NCBI GenBank assembly: GCA_049290235.1
Contig: JBATNG010000011.1
Location: forward strand, 220-64,219
Direction of reading: 5' to 3'
Source: Candidatus Moraniibacteriota bacterium
GTDB taxonomy: Bacteria; Patescibacteriota; Minisyncoccia; Moranbacterales; UBA1568
Length of the DNA: 64,000 nucleotides
Shown: positions 26,265 to 35,493 of the stretch, one piece after another
Numbering within the stretch: position 1 is the stretch's first letter
How the letters are laid out: each line of letters opens with the position of its first letter
The notes under the pieces: generated by a model
The model's input: only the letters and a program-made list of their open reading frames with translations
What the model was told of the DNA's origin: nothing
Databases searched by the model: none
Program-made: the position numbers and the translations under genes

Positions 26265-27251
26265 CTAGGTAGCGATTTCTTTTGGAAGATTGAAATAGAG
26301 GCGGAGGATCTCTTCGGCGGCATCGAAATCTGGGCGCCCAGCTGCTCCCTGGTGCAGCGAGAGGTCAGGCCCGCCGTTTATCTCGATGATGACACCTCCA
26401 GTCTCCGTGAGGAGCTGGCTGATGTCTTCAGTGATGACATCAATACCGGCGATATTCAGGTGGATAGCTTTGGCGGCCGCTAGAAAAAGTTTCTTATTGG
26501 CTGGGTGCAATCGGTCGGTTGCGTCGGTCGCCGTTCCACCATGTGAGATAGGTGCAGCGAGGTAGAGCGTGACTACGCGTCCAGCTTCCGGGATAAACTC
26601 GAGTACTAGTTCTTGTTCGGCTAGGATGTGCGTGAGCTCTGGCTTGATCGGTATGGGGTAACACCCTGAGCTGGGCTGGATGGAAGCATTATGGTGCTCG
26701 ATGAGGGTCAGTATAGTATCGCGCCCATTCCCATTGAGAGTTGGGGGGATGAACTCGGCGACTGCGAGCACCTGGTCTTCAAAGACGAGTACCCGGTACT
26801 CCTTGCCACGGATCTTCTTTTCCGCTACGACGTAGCTGAATTCCTTCTTGATGACCTGGACAGCTGCTTGCGCTTCGGTGAGTGACTGGAGCGAACCATA
26901 AACACCTTTGCCAACGGTGGACCCCAGGGGCTTGAGCAGGATGTCTCCATGGTGCTTGGTATAAAATTGCTCCAAGGATGCTGGGTCTTCGATCAAGAGT
27001 TGTTCAGTCGTCGGTATATTGTTTTGGCGGAGGATTTCGTTGGTGGTTGCTTTGTCAGCCGCGATTTTCATCCCAATATAAGAGGTGGAGAGGACCGTTG
27101 CTCCAAGCGTGAAGAGCTCTTTCCTGCCATCTGTAATTCGGTAGACAAATCGGCGAGTAGAAGTGTCCCCCTTGATAGAGGCATGTCGAACCGTCGAGAG
27201 CCCGAGTCGTTTTGCGGCCTGAGCGAAGCCAAATTTTTTTGTGGTTGACAT
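26265..27251 (-). CDS. stand-alone ATP-grasp ligase resembling the N-terminal (Asp-adding) ATP-grasp of cyanophycin synthetase
   Basis: GKEYRVLVFEDQVLAVAEFIPP ... GGTATDATDRLHPANKKLFLAAAKAIHLNIAGIDVITEDIS ... GGVIIEINGGPDLSLHQG closely parallels CphA motifs (GGTAIDVTD.VHP ... IAGIDIV..DIS ... IEVNAAPGL). Confidence 0.6.
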   Translation of the reverse strand: MSTTKKFGFAQAAKRLGLSTVRHASIKGDTSTRRFVYRITDGRKELFTLGATVLSTSYIGMKIAADKATTNEILRQNNIPTTEQLLIEDPASLEQFYTKHHGDILLKPLGSTVGKGVYGSLQSLTEAQAAVQVIKKEFSYVVAEKKIRGKEYRVLVFEDQVLAVAEFIPPTLNGNGRDTILTLIEHHNASIQPSSGCYPIPIKPELTHILAEQELVLEFIPEAGRVVTLYLAAPISHGGTATDATDRLHPANKKLFLAAAKAIHLNIAGIDVITEDISQLLTETGGVIIEINGGPDLSLHQGAAGRPDFDAAEEILRLYFNLPKEIAT

Positions 27252-27371
27252 AAGGATTCCCTACCAGGGGTAAAAAAACGCCATCGAGAGGCGTGGAAGA
27301 ATGGTCATGAGCGGGACACTGAAGGTACGGTGACCCGTCATTTATACCACAGAATAGCGGTGGTGTAAAGG

Positions 27372-28025
27372 CTACTCTTTCACATTGAGCTTTTCGAGGT
27401 CAGCATCGGTAATGCCGAGCTGTCGAATATCTTCGTCGGATAATTTCTCAGGAACATCAGGGATGTTTAGGATATTTCCAAGGTCATGCTCGGTCTGACT
27501 CTTTACAACCGGTAGAATCGATTTATCCGGCCCATCAATCGTTGAAGCATCGTTTGCTTCCGGGAGATCATCAAGCAGGCTGGAGACCGCCTGTTGGACC
27601 AGAGAGTCTCTGTTCTGAGTGGCGATGTCCCCGAGCTCCCTGCGGACTTGTTGTAGGGTATAATTAAACACTTCCTTCGAAGGCTTGCCGTAGATAAATT
27701 CTGAGTAACGTCGGAACCTTCGCATATCGCCGACCGCAGCTGCAAGAAGCAATCGGTTCTCAGCGATCTTCTCATTCAGTCGCCAGCGATAAACGTTTTT
27801 TACCACCTCGTTCTTTTCACTCGAGAGGATTTTTTCTTTCAGGTCGAGCAACTCACTATTTTTGGCGAGTAATGTTCCTGCTTCGAGCCGGGGATAGTCT
27901 AGGTCAGGATTCTCTTTTTCTCCAGAGAGGAATGATTCTTTTTCCTTGGCGCGCGCAGCACTATCTCCATCGAGGTATTCGTATGCTTGGAAAGCTCCAA
28001 TTTCTTCAAAACGGGAATACCACAT
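27372..28025 (-). CDS. hypothetical protein (acidic, helical); start trimmed to internal Met to remove overlap with ChbG gene
   Basis: track ORF 27372-28094 overlaps next gene by 64 nt; Met at 28025 (MWYSRFEE) avoids overlap; no domain recognised. Confidence 0.4.
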   Translation of the reverse strand: MWYSRFEEIGAFQAYEYLDGDSAARAKEKESFLSGEKENPDLDYPRLEAGTLLAKNSELLDLKEKILSSEKNEVVKNVYRWRLNEKIAENRLLLAAAVGDMRRFRRYSEFIYGKPSKEVFNYTLQQVRRELGDIATQNRDSLVQQAVSSLLDDLPEANDASTIDGPDKSILPVVKSQTEHDLGNILNIPDVPEKLSDEDIRQLGITDADLEKLNVKE

Positions 28026-28029
28026 CTTA

Positions 28030-28746
28030 TCAAGCGTTGATGGCTTGGCTGTGGACTCTTTTTTTAAGTTCAACTGAGGTGGTTGTTCGAGCATGGGAGT
28101 CTGGACTAGTGATATCAGTATAGCTCACCAACTGAAAGCCGCGGACAAGCTTTCTGAAGTGAGTACTGTGGAGGATGTGCAGTTCCTGTTCTCGCTCCTC
28201 ATTGTATCGGTAGCGGCAACGTATATCGTGGTAGCCAGGGTGCACGACGAGTTCGGAAACGGGTAATTTTTTCGTCTGAACAACTCTTTCGGCAAGCACA
28301 GGAAGCCGAGACGGATGCCAAGAGATGAAATTGTCTGGAGTTATGACACCAGATTTTTTTAAGACTACTCGGTCCTCAGTCAGGCGCGATCGGACGGGAA
28401 GGCCAAAATTTTTGGCGGCACGGATGACATGGCCGAGATTCTTTGGTGTGAGGTGCTGATGCTGGTGACCATCGATGTAGGCGGGCAGACGATCGAAACG
28501 TTTCATGAAACGTTTAATCTGCGAAACAATTTCTTTGTAGGTCGACTCTGATCCAAGTTCGAGATGCAGGCCGAGGGGAATCCTGAGTCTGAGGAGTTCC
28601 GACTTCCGGATATATTTCCGCTTGATCATCACTGAGATGCCGGTAATGAGTCCGGCGTTCGCAGTTTCGAGCAGACCCTGATTGAAGCGCGGAGACATCC
28701 CGTAATCATCGGCGGTGATGATGAGTTTCGGGCGTCCCATATGCAC
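28030..28746 (-). CDS. ChbG/YdjC-family carbohydrate deacetylase
   Basis: LIITADDYGMS and IDGHQHQH metal-binding motifs of the YdjC fold. Confidence 0.7.
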   Translation of the reverse strand: MHMGRPKLIITADDYGMSPRFNQGLLETANAGLITGISVMIKRKYIRKSELLRLRIPLGLHLELGSESTYKEIVSQIKRFMKRFDRLPAYIDGHQHQHLTPKNLGHVIRAAKNFGLPVRSRLTEDRVVLKKSGVITPDNFISWHPSRLPVLAERVVQTKKLPVSELVVHPGYHDIRCRYRYNEEREQELHILHSTHFRKLVRGFQLVSYTDITSPDSHARTTTSVELKKRVHSQAINA

Positions 28747-28762
28747 TATCTCATGGAGTGGT

Positions 28763-29719
28763 TTACTCGAGCGTGAGCTTTTCTTTGAAGACTCGGAGAA
28801 GTTCTTGGTACATTTTCTCCATACTCGGCTTTTCTTCCGGAGTAAAGTAGAGGCCGGGCATCGAATTCAGTTCGACTACCCAAGGACTCCCGGTAGTGTC
28901 AAACATGATATCGATGGTGAAAATTTTCGGGTGGAAGGACTCAAAGATATCCTTCGCGTGCTCGACAATCGGCGCAACGGAGCGAGGGATCTGTCTGTGG
29001 GGGACGATGGAGAGCTGGCCGCCCTGCGCCAGATTGGCGAGGAAGCTACCCTCCTTGGGCTCGCGAATATACGCATAGATAATTTTTTCGTTCACCATGA
29101 CGAGACGCAGATCATGCATGCGGCTGGATACACCTGGGACACCCCGTGATGAATCGATAAATCCTTGAAGGATATGCGTGCCGTGGAAAGAGATTCCGGA
29201 GGCATTTTTCTTCGGGAAGACTTGTACACCGATGCCGCCGCTTTCCGTCACGGGCTTGAGGACGGCTGTTGCTGTCCGGATATGCTTCAGAGCCGCTTTG
29301 AGTTCTATCGGGTTCCGCACGATGAAGTTCTTCTTGCTCCACTTCGAAAAGAGCAGGCCGACAACGAACTTATCATCGATGATACGTGTGAAATCGAGGT
29401 CATTGATGAATGTATAGTGCTGAGCAATGAGGTCCTTCTTGTGATACACCTCGAGCCGAGCTTTCGTCTTGTCGTAAATCAGATCGGGCTTGATGTTTGA
29501 GACTCGCGACCACTGGCAGCCCGCCCCTTCGTAAATCCAGGCGTACTTGAAGACCTGGTTCTTGTAGTCATACCACTCATAGGAGGCTCGATACATTTGG
29601 ACCCCGCTCGCTTTGCAAAGATCGTAGAAAAATTCGTAGGAGTACTGATAGTCTTTATTATCAAAAGGCCGACTTTTCCGCCAACTACTTTTCCCAAAGA
29701 GGATGAGCACTTTTTTCAT
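28763..29719 (-). CDS. RimK/GshB-like ATP-grasp ligase
   Basis: ATP-grasp C-terminal motif PWVVELNSMPG, DLRLVMVNEKIIYAYIR; AT-rich relative to flanks. Confidence 0.65.
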   Translation of the reverse strand: MKKVLILFGKSSWRKSRPFDNKDYQYSYEFFYDLCKASGVQMYRASYEWYDYKNQVFKYAWIYEGAGCQWSRVSNIKPDLIYDKTKARLEVYHKKDLIAQHYTFINDLDFTRIIDDKFVVGLLFSKWSKKNFIVRNPIELKAALKHIRTATAVLKPVTESGGIGVQVFPKKNASGISFHGTHILQGFIDSSRGVPGVSSRMHDLRLVMVNEKIIYAYIREPKEGSFLANLAQGGQLSIVPHRQIPRSVAPIVEHAKDIFESFHPKIFTIDIMFDTTGSPWVVELNSMPGLYFTPEEKPSMEKMYQELLRVFKEKLTLE

Positions 29720-29770
29720 ACAGGTACCCTAAGGATTATGTTTGAATATTGCAGTTGAAAGTTCGCATCG

Positions 29771-31177
29771 CTATTTGGTGACATCCACCAAGAACTTCCC
29801 CAAATTCCTCCGGCCGATGATTGCCCGGTACTGGAGAGCGGTCCGATCGACCACACTCGGACGCGCCTCGATCTCCTCTTTATCGATGATGAGCTTGAGC
29901 GGTATCTTGGGGCGCACACTCATGCCGTTTGAAGCATAGATGCAGAGGATGTCGACGAGATCAGGGTGTTTGCCGATATGTTCGCCTCGAAGTTTTTCCT
30001 CGAACGCCCGTGCCTCGTCGCGATCGTCAAACTGAGGGATTGGAATGGTGTCGAAATATGCGAGCACATCACTATATCCGAGTTCCTCAGCAAGCGCGCG
30101 GTCGATGGAGCTGGAGTCGGCGCCGGTGTCGATCTTCGCTTCGACTTCGATTTCTTTGCCGTCTTTGCCGATGAATTTCACTTTCTCGACAGAGCCGATG
30201 ACACGCTTCCCCGAGAGGCCTTCGATGTTCTCTTCGATTTCGCCTCCGAAGAGATTCATGCCGACACGGACGCCGTGATCGGCACTCTTGATTTTTACGC
30301 CCCGTACACGCTCGAGCCGTTCCTTCAGCCCTGCCATATTGGCTGATTGGATCGAGAGTCCCGGCCGAGCATTGAGTTCGAGGATGACCGGCCCTTCGTC
30401 GCGATCGATCGCGATGTCAGCACCGAGAAAACCGAGACTCGAGACTTCTTGCGCCTTGACCGCCATCGTGAGGATGTCTTTCCAACGCGGGATCTTGAGA
30501 CCAGACAATAGGATTCGGGTTTCGGGAACGTACTCGATGAGGCGCCCTTTGCCGACGATTGCAGTCGTGGTCGTACCATTGGCCATGTCGACACCGACAC
30601 CGATTGCTCCCTGGTGCAGGTTGGCCTTGCCCCCGGAGTCTTTGGTCGGGAGGCGGAGCATCGCCATGACCGGAACACGGTTGAAGACGATAATACGGAT
30701 ATCGGGTATGCCTTTCCAGGCATATGGTTTGAAGAGCTTCAGAAGCTTCAGTCGTTCCTCAAAGAACGCAATGTCAGGTTTGTTGGAAAGCGAGAATGTT
30801 CCGTCGAGAATGTTCTCGATATGATTCTTCAGGTCAGCGATGGTGACGAGACTACCGTCAGCTTTTACCCAGGCATCCTCGCGACCCTTCTTTCGCGCAT
30901 AAACAACGATAATGCCTTCGCCACCGAAGCCACGGTTTGGCTTCAAGGCAAAGCTTTCCGGGAGGCTCGTCCAATTGAAGTGTTCGAGTTCCGCGTTGGT
31001 AGTGATCTTGGCGATCAGCTTCGAGACGGGGAGACCATGTTTTCTTAGTGCGACTTTGCATTTCAGTTTCTGATCTGCCAGTCGTCGGCCACGGGCATGG
31101 TTATACCGCCGCACATAGTCGAGGTTGCGGGCATTCATCCCGAGGAGTGTGCGGCTGTGCGCGTACCAGGAAAGCAT
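29771..31177 (-). CDS. alpha-L-glutamate-ligase-related ATP-grasp fused to C-terminal retropepsin-like (RimK-associated, DUF785/COG4067) protease domain
   Basis: N-terminal ATP-grasp (PVILELNARPGLSIQSANMAG) matches the 7TM-associated ligase family; C-terminal GKRVIGSVEKVKFIGKDGKEIEVEAKIDTGADSSSI has the D-T/S-G-A aspartyl-protease signature. Confidence 0.65.
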   Translation of the reverse strand: MLSWYAHSRTLLGMNARNLDYVRRYNHARGRRLADQKLKCKVALRKHGLPVSKLIAKITTNAELEHFNWTSLPESFALKPNRGFGGEGIIVVYARKKGREDAWVKADGSLVTIADLKNHIENILDGTFSLSNKPDIAFFEERLKLLKLFKPYAWKGIPDIRIIVFNRVPVMAMLRLPTKDSGGKANLHQGAIGVGVDMANGTTTTAIVGKGRLIEYVPETRILLSGLKIPRWKDILTMAVKAQEVSSLGFLGADIAIDRDEGPVILELNARPGLSIQSANMAGLKERLERVRGVKIKSADHGVRVGMNLFGGEIEENIEGLSGKRVIGSVEKVKFIGKDGKEIEVEAKIDTGADSSSIDRALAEELGYSDVLAYFDTIPIPQFDDRDEARAFEEKLRGEHIGKHPDLVDILCIYASNGMSVRPKIPLKLIIDKEEIEARPSVVDRTALQYRAIIGRRNLGKFLVDVTK

Positions 31178-31189
31178 ACGTGACGGGTG

Positions 31190-31849
31190 CTAAGACTCTT
31201 GTTTGAGAATGTGGCGGAAGCGAAAGAGCTCCACCAATCGGAGTCCGGACCATTTGCCCAAGCCGATATTGATGAGGAAGGTGATGAAGATCGCCCACGG
31301 GTAGTGGAGGAAGAAATCGCGTAGTGTCGGCCAGCCGATGACGAAGAAACCAATGACAGAAATGATCAGGGTCTCACCGGCGAGAATAAACGCGGTTTTT
31401 GTTCCTTGCTCGATCTGGGTCGCGATGAATTTTTCGGCGAGGGTGATGAGAATGAGGAGTGGGAAAATATCGACAGCAGCGAGGCCTGTCCGGTGGAGGG
31501 TCGCGCCAAAAGCGAGAATCCCGAGCACGGTGAGTGAGATGATCGAGAGCGTGATGGCGACACGGGGGAGGTAGAGGAGACGGAAGGAGCGGAGCAGATA
31601 CCGGGAGAGGATACCCATACCGATGACCGCAAAAAAGATTGCAATCCCGTACTTGAGTCCCTTTTCGCCAAAGGCGAGGAAAGCGAAGGTGATGAGCGAT
31701 GGGGTATAGATGCCGAACGCCTTTATCCCGACAATTTGCCGAAAGAAAGCGACGAGGGTTGCGATGACTGGCAGCATGAGGAGGAGATAGACGGTCTCAA
31801 CCGGCACACCGGCGGTGATGAAATAATTGATGATCGGGTGATAGTTCAT
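31190..31849 (-). CDS. 7-TM membrane protein of the type that partners alpha-L-glutamate-ligase-like ATP-grasp enzymes
   Basis: 219 aa, ~7 hydrophobic helices, directly upstream and co-oriented with the ATP-grasp-protease gene. Confidence 0.5.
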   Translation of the reverse strand: MNYHPIINYFITAGVPVETVYLLLMLPVIATLVAFFRQIVGIKAFGIYTPSLITFAFLAFGEKGLKYGIAIFFAVIGMGILSRYLLRSFRLLYLPRVAITLSIISLTVLGILAFGATLHRTGLAAVDIFPLLILITLAEKFIATQIEQGTKTAFILAGETLIISVIGFFVIGWPTLRDFFLHYPWAIFITFLINIGLGKWSGLRLVELFRFRHILKQES

Positions 31850-31858
31850 ATGCTGGTA

Positions 31859-32347
31859 TTATACTCTCCGTTTCGCAAATGAGGCATGGTGGAGATGACA
31901 CAGTGCGATCGCGAGCGCATCAGCGACATCGTCGGGTTTGGGGATGGCTTTCAGTTTGAGAATCTCTTTTGCCATGCGCTGCACCTGTTGCTTATCCGCT
32001 TTGCCGTAACCAGTCAGTGCCTGCTTTACTTCGAGTGGCGTGTAACCAGCGATACTAAGCCCAAAATCGGCCAATGTCAAGAGGAGTGCACCACGTGATT
32101 GGGCAACAGAGATGGCGGTTTTCTGATTATTGAAGAAGAAGAGCTCTTCGAGCGCGGCCGCATCGGGCTGGTACTGCTTCACGATCGCTGTGATGTCGTC
32201 GCGGATTTCCTGTAGCCGTCTTTCGAGCGGCAAATCTTTGCTCGTCGAAATATGGCCGTAGGCCAGCGGTTCCGTCTTCCCTTTGATATGCTCGAGTACC
32301 GCCCACCCCACGGTCGCTGTGCCGGGATCAATGCCTAAGATACGCAT
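31859..32347 (-). CDS. ruvC: Holliday junction resolvase RuvC
   Basis: MRILGIDPGTATVGWAVLE N-terminal catalytic Asp motif, RNase H-like fold length. Confidence 0.85.
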   Translation of the reverse strand: MRILGIDPGTATVGWAVLEHIKGKTEPLAYGHISTSKDLPLERRLQEIRDDITAIVKQYQPDAAALEELFFFNNQKTAISVAQSRGALLLTLADFGLSIAGYTPLEVKQALTGYGKADKQQVQRMAKEILKLKAIPKPDDVADALAIALCHLHHASFAKRRV

Positions 32348-32395
32348 AGCTTTTGAATCTAGAATCTTGAATGCAGAGAGGGATACGATCTCATT

Positions 32396-33190
32396 TTAAG
32401 CCCCTCCACCCTCTATTGTAATCCGACTTGGCGTATCATATTTTCCTTCGAGGGATTTCCAGAGAAGCTCAAAGGTCTCATCCAGAGCAGCAGCAAATTT
32501 CGGGGACTCGATAATGAGCGTTTGAGCGCTTTCGATAAGGCATATCCGGACAAATTGGCCGCCGCAGGATTCGATGGAGCACTTGGCGCTGTAGAGCTCG
32601 GTGGGCATAAACTTCGCGGTGATGCTTCCCTTCGCCGGATCGAGAAACTTCGCGAAAGGATTGAGCGTCTCTTTGTCTACCGTCAGCGCGCGCACTTTCG
32701 GGCCGTGTTTGGCTTTGTATTCGTTCCATTCAAGGAAAACCTTGATGACTTCCGGTGAGGCGTCTTCGGCTGAAGCGAAAAACCCGACGATTTCCTTGTC
32801 GTGCAATTCCTTTTGCCTGTACTGATAGGCTTGGCGCAATCCCTCGACGCCCTCGAAGTAGAGGATACTGGGTTTCTCAGCTGTGCCCTTCTGGAAGGAA
32901 CGCAGTTCGGGGAGGATGGCTTTGGCTTCTTTCAGTCGCGTCTCGTGCTCCTCAATAAAGGTATCTGGTGTACGGGCGATATAGCGCCGCTTGTCTTCGC
33001 CCGGGACATGGACGATGAGATTTTTTTCTACCAGTTCTTCCGCGATCACGTAGGCGGTCGGTCGCTTGAGTTCGGCTTTTTTGGCGATCTGATAGGGGGT
33101 AGAGGGGCCAAGCTGAAGCAAAGCGAGATAGACTTTCGCTTCTTTTTCGCTTAGTCCCAGGTTTTTGAGCGGTTCAATCAGGTGTTCCAT
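32396..33190 (-). CDS. TrmB-family (archaeal-type) wHTH transcriptional regulator
   Basis: LSEKEAKVYLALLQLGPSTPYQIAKKAELKRPTAYVIAEELVEKNLI HTH; start trimmed to MEHLIEPL. Confidence 0.6.
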   Translation of the reverse strand: MEHLIEPLKNLGLSEKEAKVYLALLQLGPSTPYQIAKKAELKRPTAYVIAEELVEKNLIVHVPGEDKRRYIARTPDTFIEEHETRLKEAKAILPELRSFQKGTAEKPSILYFEGVEGLRQAYQYRQKELHDKEIVGFFASAEDASPEVIKVFLEWNEYKAKHGPKVRALTVDKETLNPFAKFLDPAKGSITAKFMPTELYSAKCSIESCGGQFVRICLIESAQTLIIESPKFAAALDETFELLWKSLEGKYDTPSRITIEGGGA

Positions 33191-33383
33191 AACGGTTGTT
33201 TGCCATTCCGAGCGAGTCCATCGAGTCGAGGAATCTCGCAATCTTTTCTCAATGTTACTTCATTCTCATTAAATAGTCAATAATACTGACGAATAAATAT
33301 GCAATTAACCATATTATGTTTATTTAAAGCTAAAAAATAGATATTATATGTGGGTAGTGTTGACGTATATTTAGACGGAATTA

Positions 33384-33412
33384 TTGACACATTGACGATT
33401 TCGGAGTATACT
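33384..33412 (+). promoter_or_regulatory. near-consensus sigma-70 promoter (TTGACA-17-TATACT) for the 33523 ORF, within a TTGAC-repeat AT-rich region divergent from the TrmB gene
   Basis: ttgaca 33384-33389, 17-nt spacer, tatact 33407-33412. Confidence 0.45.
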
Positions 33413-33460
33413 GTGTCTTCAAGGTTGATAACAGAGATATCTGGACTCTCTCTTGAATCA

Positions 33461-33520
33461 GTTCTTTCAGAAATCTGCCACTACTGGCAACCGCACCTCG
33501 GGTACTGGGGTAAGGAGAAG
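33461..33520 (+). promoter_or_regulatory. conserved ~60-nt 5' leader, copy 1 (ends in AAGGAG RBS)
   Basis: gttctttcagaaatctgccactactggcaaccgcacctcgggtactggggtaaggagaag; ~85-90% identical to 33994-34055. Confidence 0.5.
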
Positions 33521-33522
33521 TC

Positions 33523-33753
33523 ATGAGCGTCACGGACAGGCTGTACATCGTCATGAAGAACGACGAGGTTTCCGGGGTCTTTGAGAATTGGCACGCAGCT
33601 GAGCTGGAGTCTGAGAGAGTCTCGTCGAAAACGACTCAGATTATTGAGAGTGGCTTGCTCCCGGAGATATACCTAAAGCTCTTTCGATTGTGGAAAGAGA
33701 AGGGGGAGCTCACCAGGAAAGACCTCCTGGAGAGTGGGCTTCATCCGTTCTAA
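33523..33753 (+). CDS. small hypothetical protein (76 aa)
   Basis: good RBS spacing (AAGGAG 5 nt before ATG); no domain recognised. Confidence 0.45.
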   Translation: MSVTDRLYIVMKNDEVSGVFENWHAAELESERVSSKTTQIIESGLLPEIYLKLFRLWKEKGELTRKDLLESGLHPF

Positions 33754-33993
33754 GTCCACCACGCTGACCCCGGTCTGACAGCGTGAAATAAATAAATGGG
33801 GGACGCTCGTAGCGAAGAAAAGCACGGGCACGACAGAGGCATAAGAGACTGAAACCTCCGTCAGAGCTTCACTGGTAGATACGCTTAAACTACCCGTCCG
33901 CCCGAACGTGATCGGTGCATTGGCGAGTTGAGTGAACACACCTCCTCGCCATCTTTATCAGGATCATCATAGTGGTGGTTCCGTAGAGATGAA

Positions 33994-34055
33994 GTTCTTT
34001 GAGGAACCTGCCAATACCGGCACCGCACCTCGGGTACAGGGGTAAGGAGAAAGGA
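33994..34055 (+). promoter_or_regulatory. conserved ~60-nt 5' leader, copy 2
   Basis: gttctttgaggaacctgccaataccggcaccgcacctcgggtacaggggtaaggagaaagg. Confidence 0.5.
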
Positions 34056-34056
34056 A

Positions 34057-34527
34057 GTGGGCGCAAAGCAATGGCTGTCGGGTGTAAAGCGTTTAGAACA
34101 ACGCAAGAAGTGTGACGCGGAGAAGAAAGTTCGGGATTTAGAGGAGCGGCAACGCGATATCGGAAACGAAATCGCAAAACTTGAAGCCTTCCTTGCAGGT
34201 CCGGATGGACGAGTTGCCCTGAAGCTGCTCAAGCAGAGTGGGGAATGGGTCATCATATGCAGCGCGAGCGACATCCCGTTTCCTCAGTCATATAAAAGGT
34301 CCCCGTGGTCTGCTAAGTGGGGACTTTCATCCGGCGGATGGTTCCGGAGCAACGCCGTGTATTTTCGAGATACAGGAGGAAACTGGTACAGCCCGGGCGA
34401 CGACAATCACGTGGCAGTCGAGGCTAAGCAAATCGTGGAGGCAGCTGCGAAATACTCAAAGATTGAAGTAGGCAAGATTCTCGCGTTCTTCGTTGAGTCG
34501 CTCGACTGCATAGCACGCAAAGCATGA
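34057..34527 (+). CDS. hypothetical protein (156 aa, GTG start), unrelated in sequence to the 33523 ORF
   Basis: AAGGAG 7 nt upstream of GTG; coiled-coil N-terminus, W/Y-rich C-terminal half. Confidence 0.45.
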   Translation: MGAKQWLSGVKRLEQRKKCDAEKKVRDLEERQRDIGNEIAKLEAFLAGPDGRVALKLLKQSGEWVIICSASDIPFPQSYKRSPWSAKWGLSSGGWFRSNAVYFRDTGGNWYSPGDDNHVAVEAKQIVEAAAKYSKIEVGKILAFFVESLDCIARKA

Positions 34528-34666
34528 GCGAGGAGTTCCGAGGCAGGCCTGAACAAAACGCCTCACAAAAAAGCGTCGTGGGAAATCCTGCGACGCTTCT
34601 TCTTATTCTCCCCACCACTGACTTCTAATCCCTACTCACTACCCACTACAAGCTGTCAGCTACCAG

Positions 34667-35383
34667 CTAGTTCAAATTATTCCAGACCGCTTGGACGTCT
34701 TGGTGGTCCTCGAGCTCTTCGAGGAAGGTATCAAAGGCTTTCTGAGTCTCAGGGTCGAGAGTCACGGTTTGCGTCGGTTTCCAGCCGAGCTGAGCGGCCG
34801 TTGGAGTGAGCTTTTGGGTTTCAAAAAAAGCCTGGACCGCCTGGAGCTTGTCGACTTCGGTGTAGACGGTGAAGATATTATCGCTCACGGCGTAGTCCTG
34901 GGCACCAGATTCGATCGTTAGCTCTTCAAGTTGTTCGACCGGAGTTTCGCCGATCTCGAAAGCGAGGAGGCCGACGCGCTGGAACAGGAAGGCGACCGAA
35001 CCGGAATTGCCGAGCTTGCCGCCCTTTTTCAGGCAGAGCGAGCGGAGTTCACTCACGGTACGGTTGCGGTTGTCGGTGGTCGTCTCGATGAGGACGGCGA
35101 CTTGGCCGGGTCCGAATCCCTCGTACATGATCGACTCAATTTTTTCCCCGACGAGCTCGCCGGTGCCGCGTTTGATGGCGCGTTCGATCTTTTCCTTCGG
35201 CATATTGAGCGCCCTCGCTTCAGCGATCGCGATCTTCAGGAGATAATTTGAATCTGGGTTTCCACCACCACGCTCAGCAGCGAGGATGATGTTGCGCCCT
35301 GCTTTGGTGAAGATGGCAGCGCGCTTGGCGTCGTTTACGCCCTTAGCGCGATGGGTAGTGGCCCAGTGTGAATGCCCGGACAT
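34667..35383 (-). CDS. yebC: YebC/PmpR-family DNA-binding regulatory protein
   Basis: MSGHSHWATTHRAKGVNDAKRAAIFTKAGRNIILAAERGGGNPDSNYLL is the hallmark N-terminus. Confidence 0.9.
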   Translation of the reverse strand: MSGHSHWATTHRAKGVNDAKRAAIFTKAGRNIILAAERGGGNPDSNYLLKIAIAEARALNMPKEKIERAIKRGTGELVGEKIESIMYEGFGPGQVAVLIETTTDNRNRTVSELRSLCLKKGGKLGNSGSVAFLFQRVGLLAFEIGETPVEQLEELTIESGAQDYAVSDNIFTVYTEVDKLQAVQAFFETQKLTPTAAQLGWKPTQTVTLDPETQKAFDTFLEELEDHQDVQAVWNNLN

Positions 35384-35493
35384 GGGTTTAGGAAATAGTA
35401 GTTAGTTTAGAGACAATAGAAGATAGAGTGGGAAAAGAAAAAGCAGAGTCTCTACCTCCACTTTCTTAGCATACCTGGTACAAAAATGGAATC

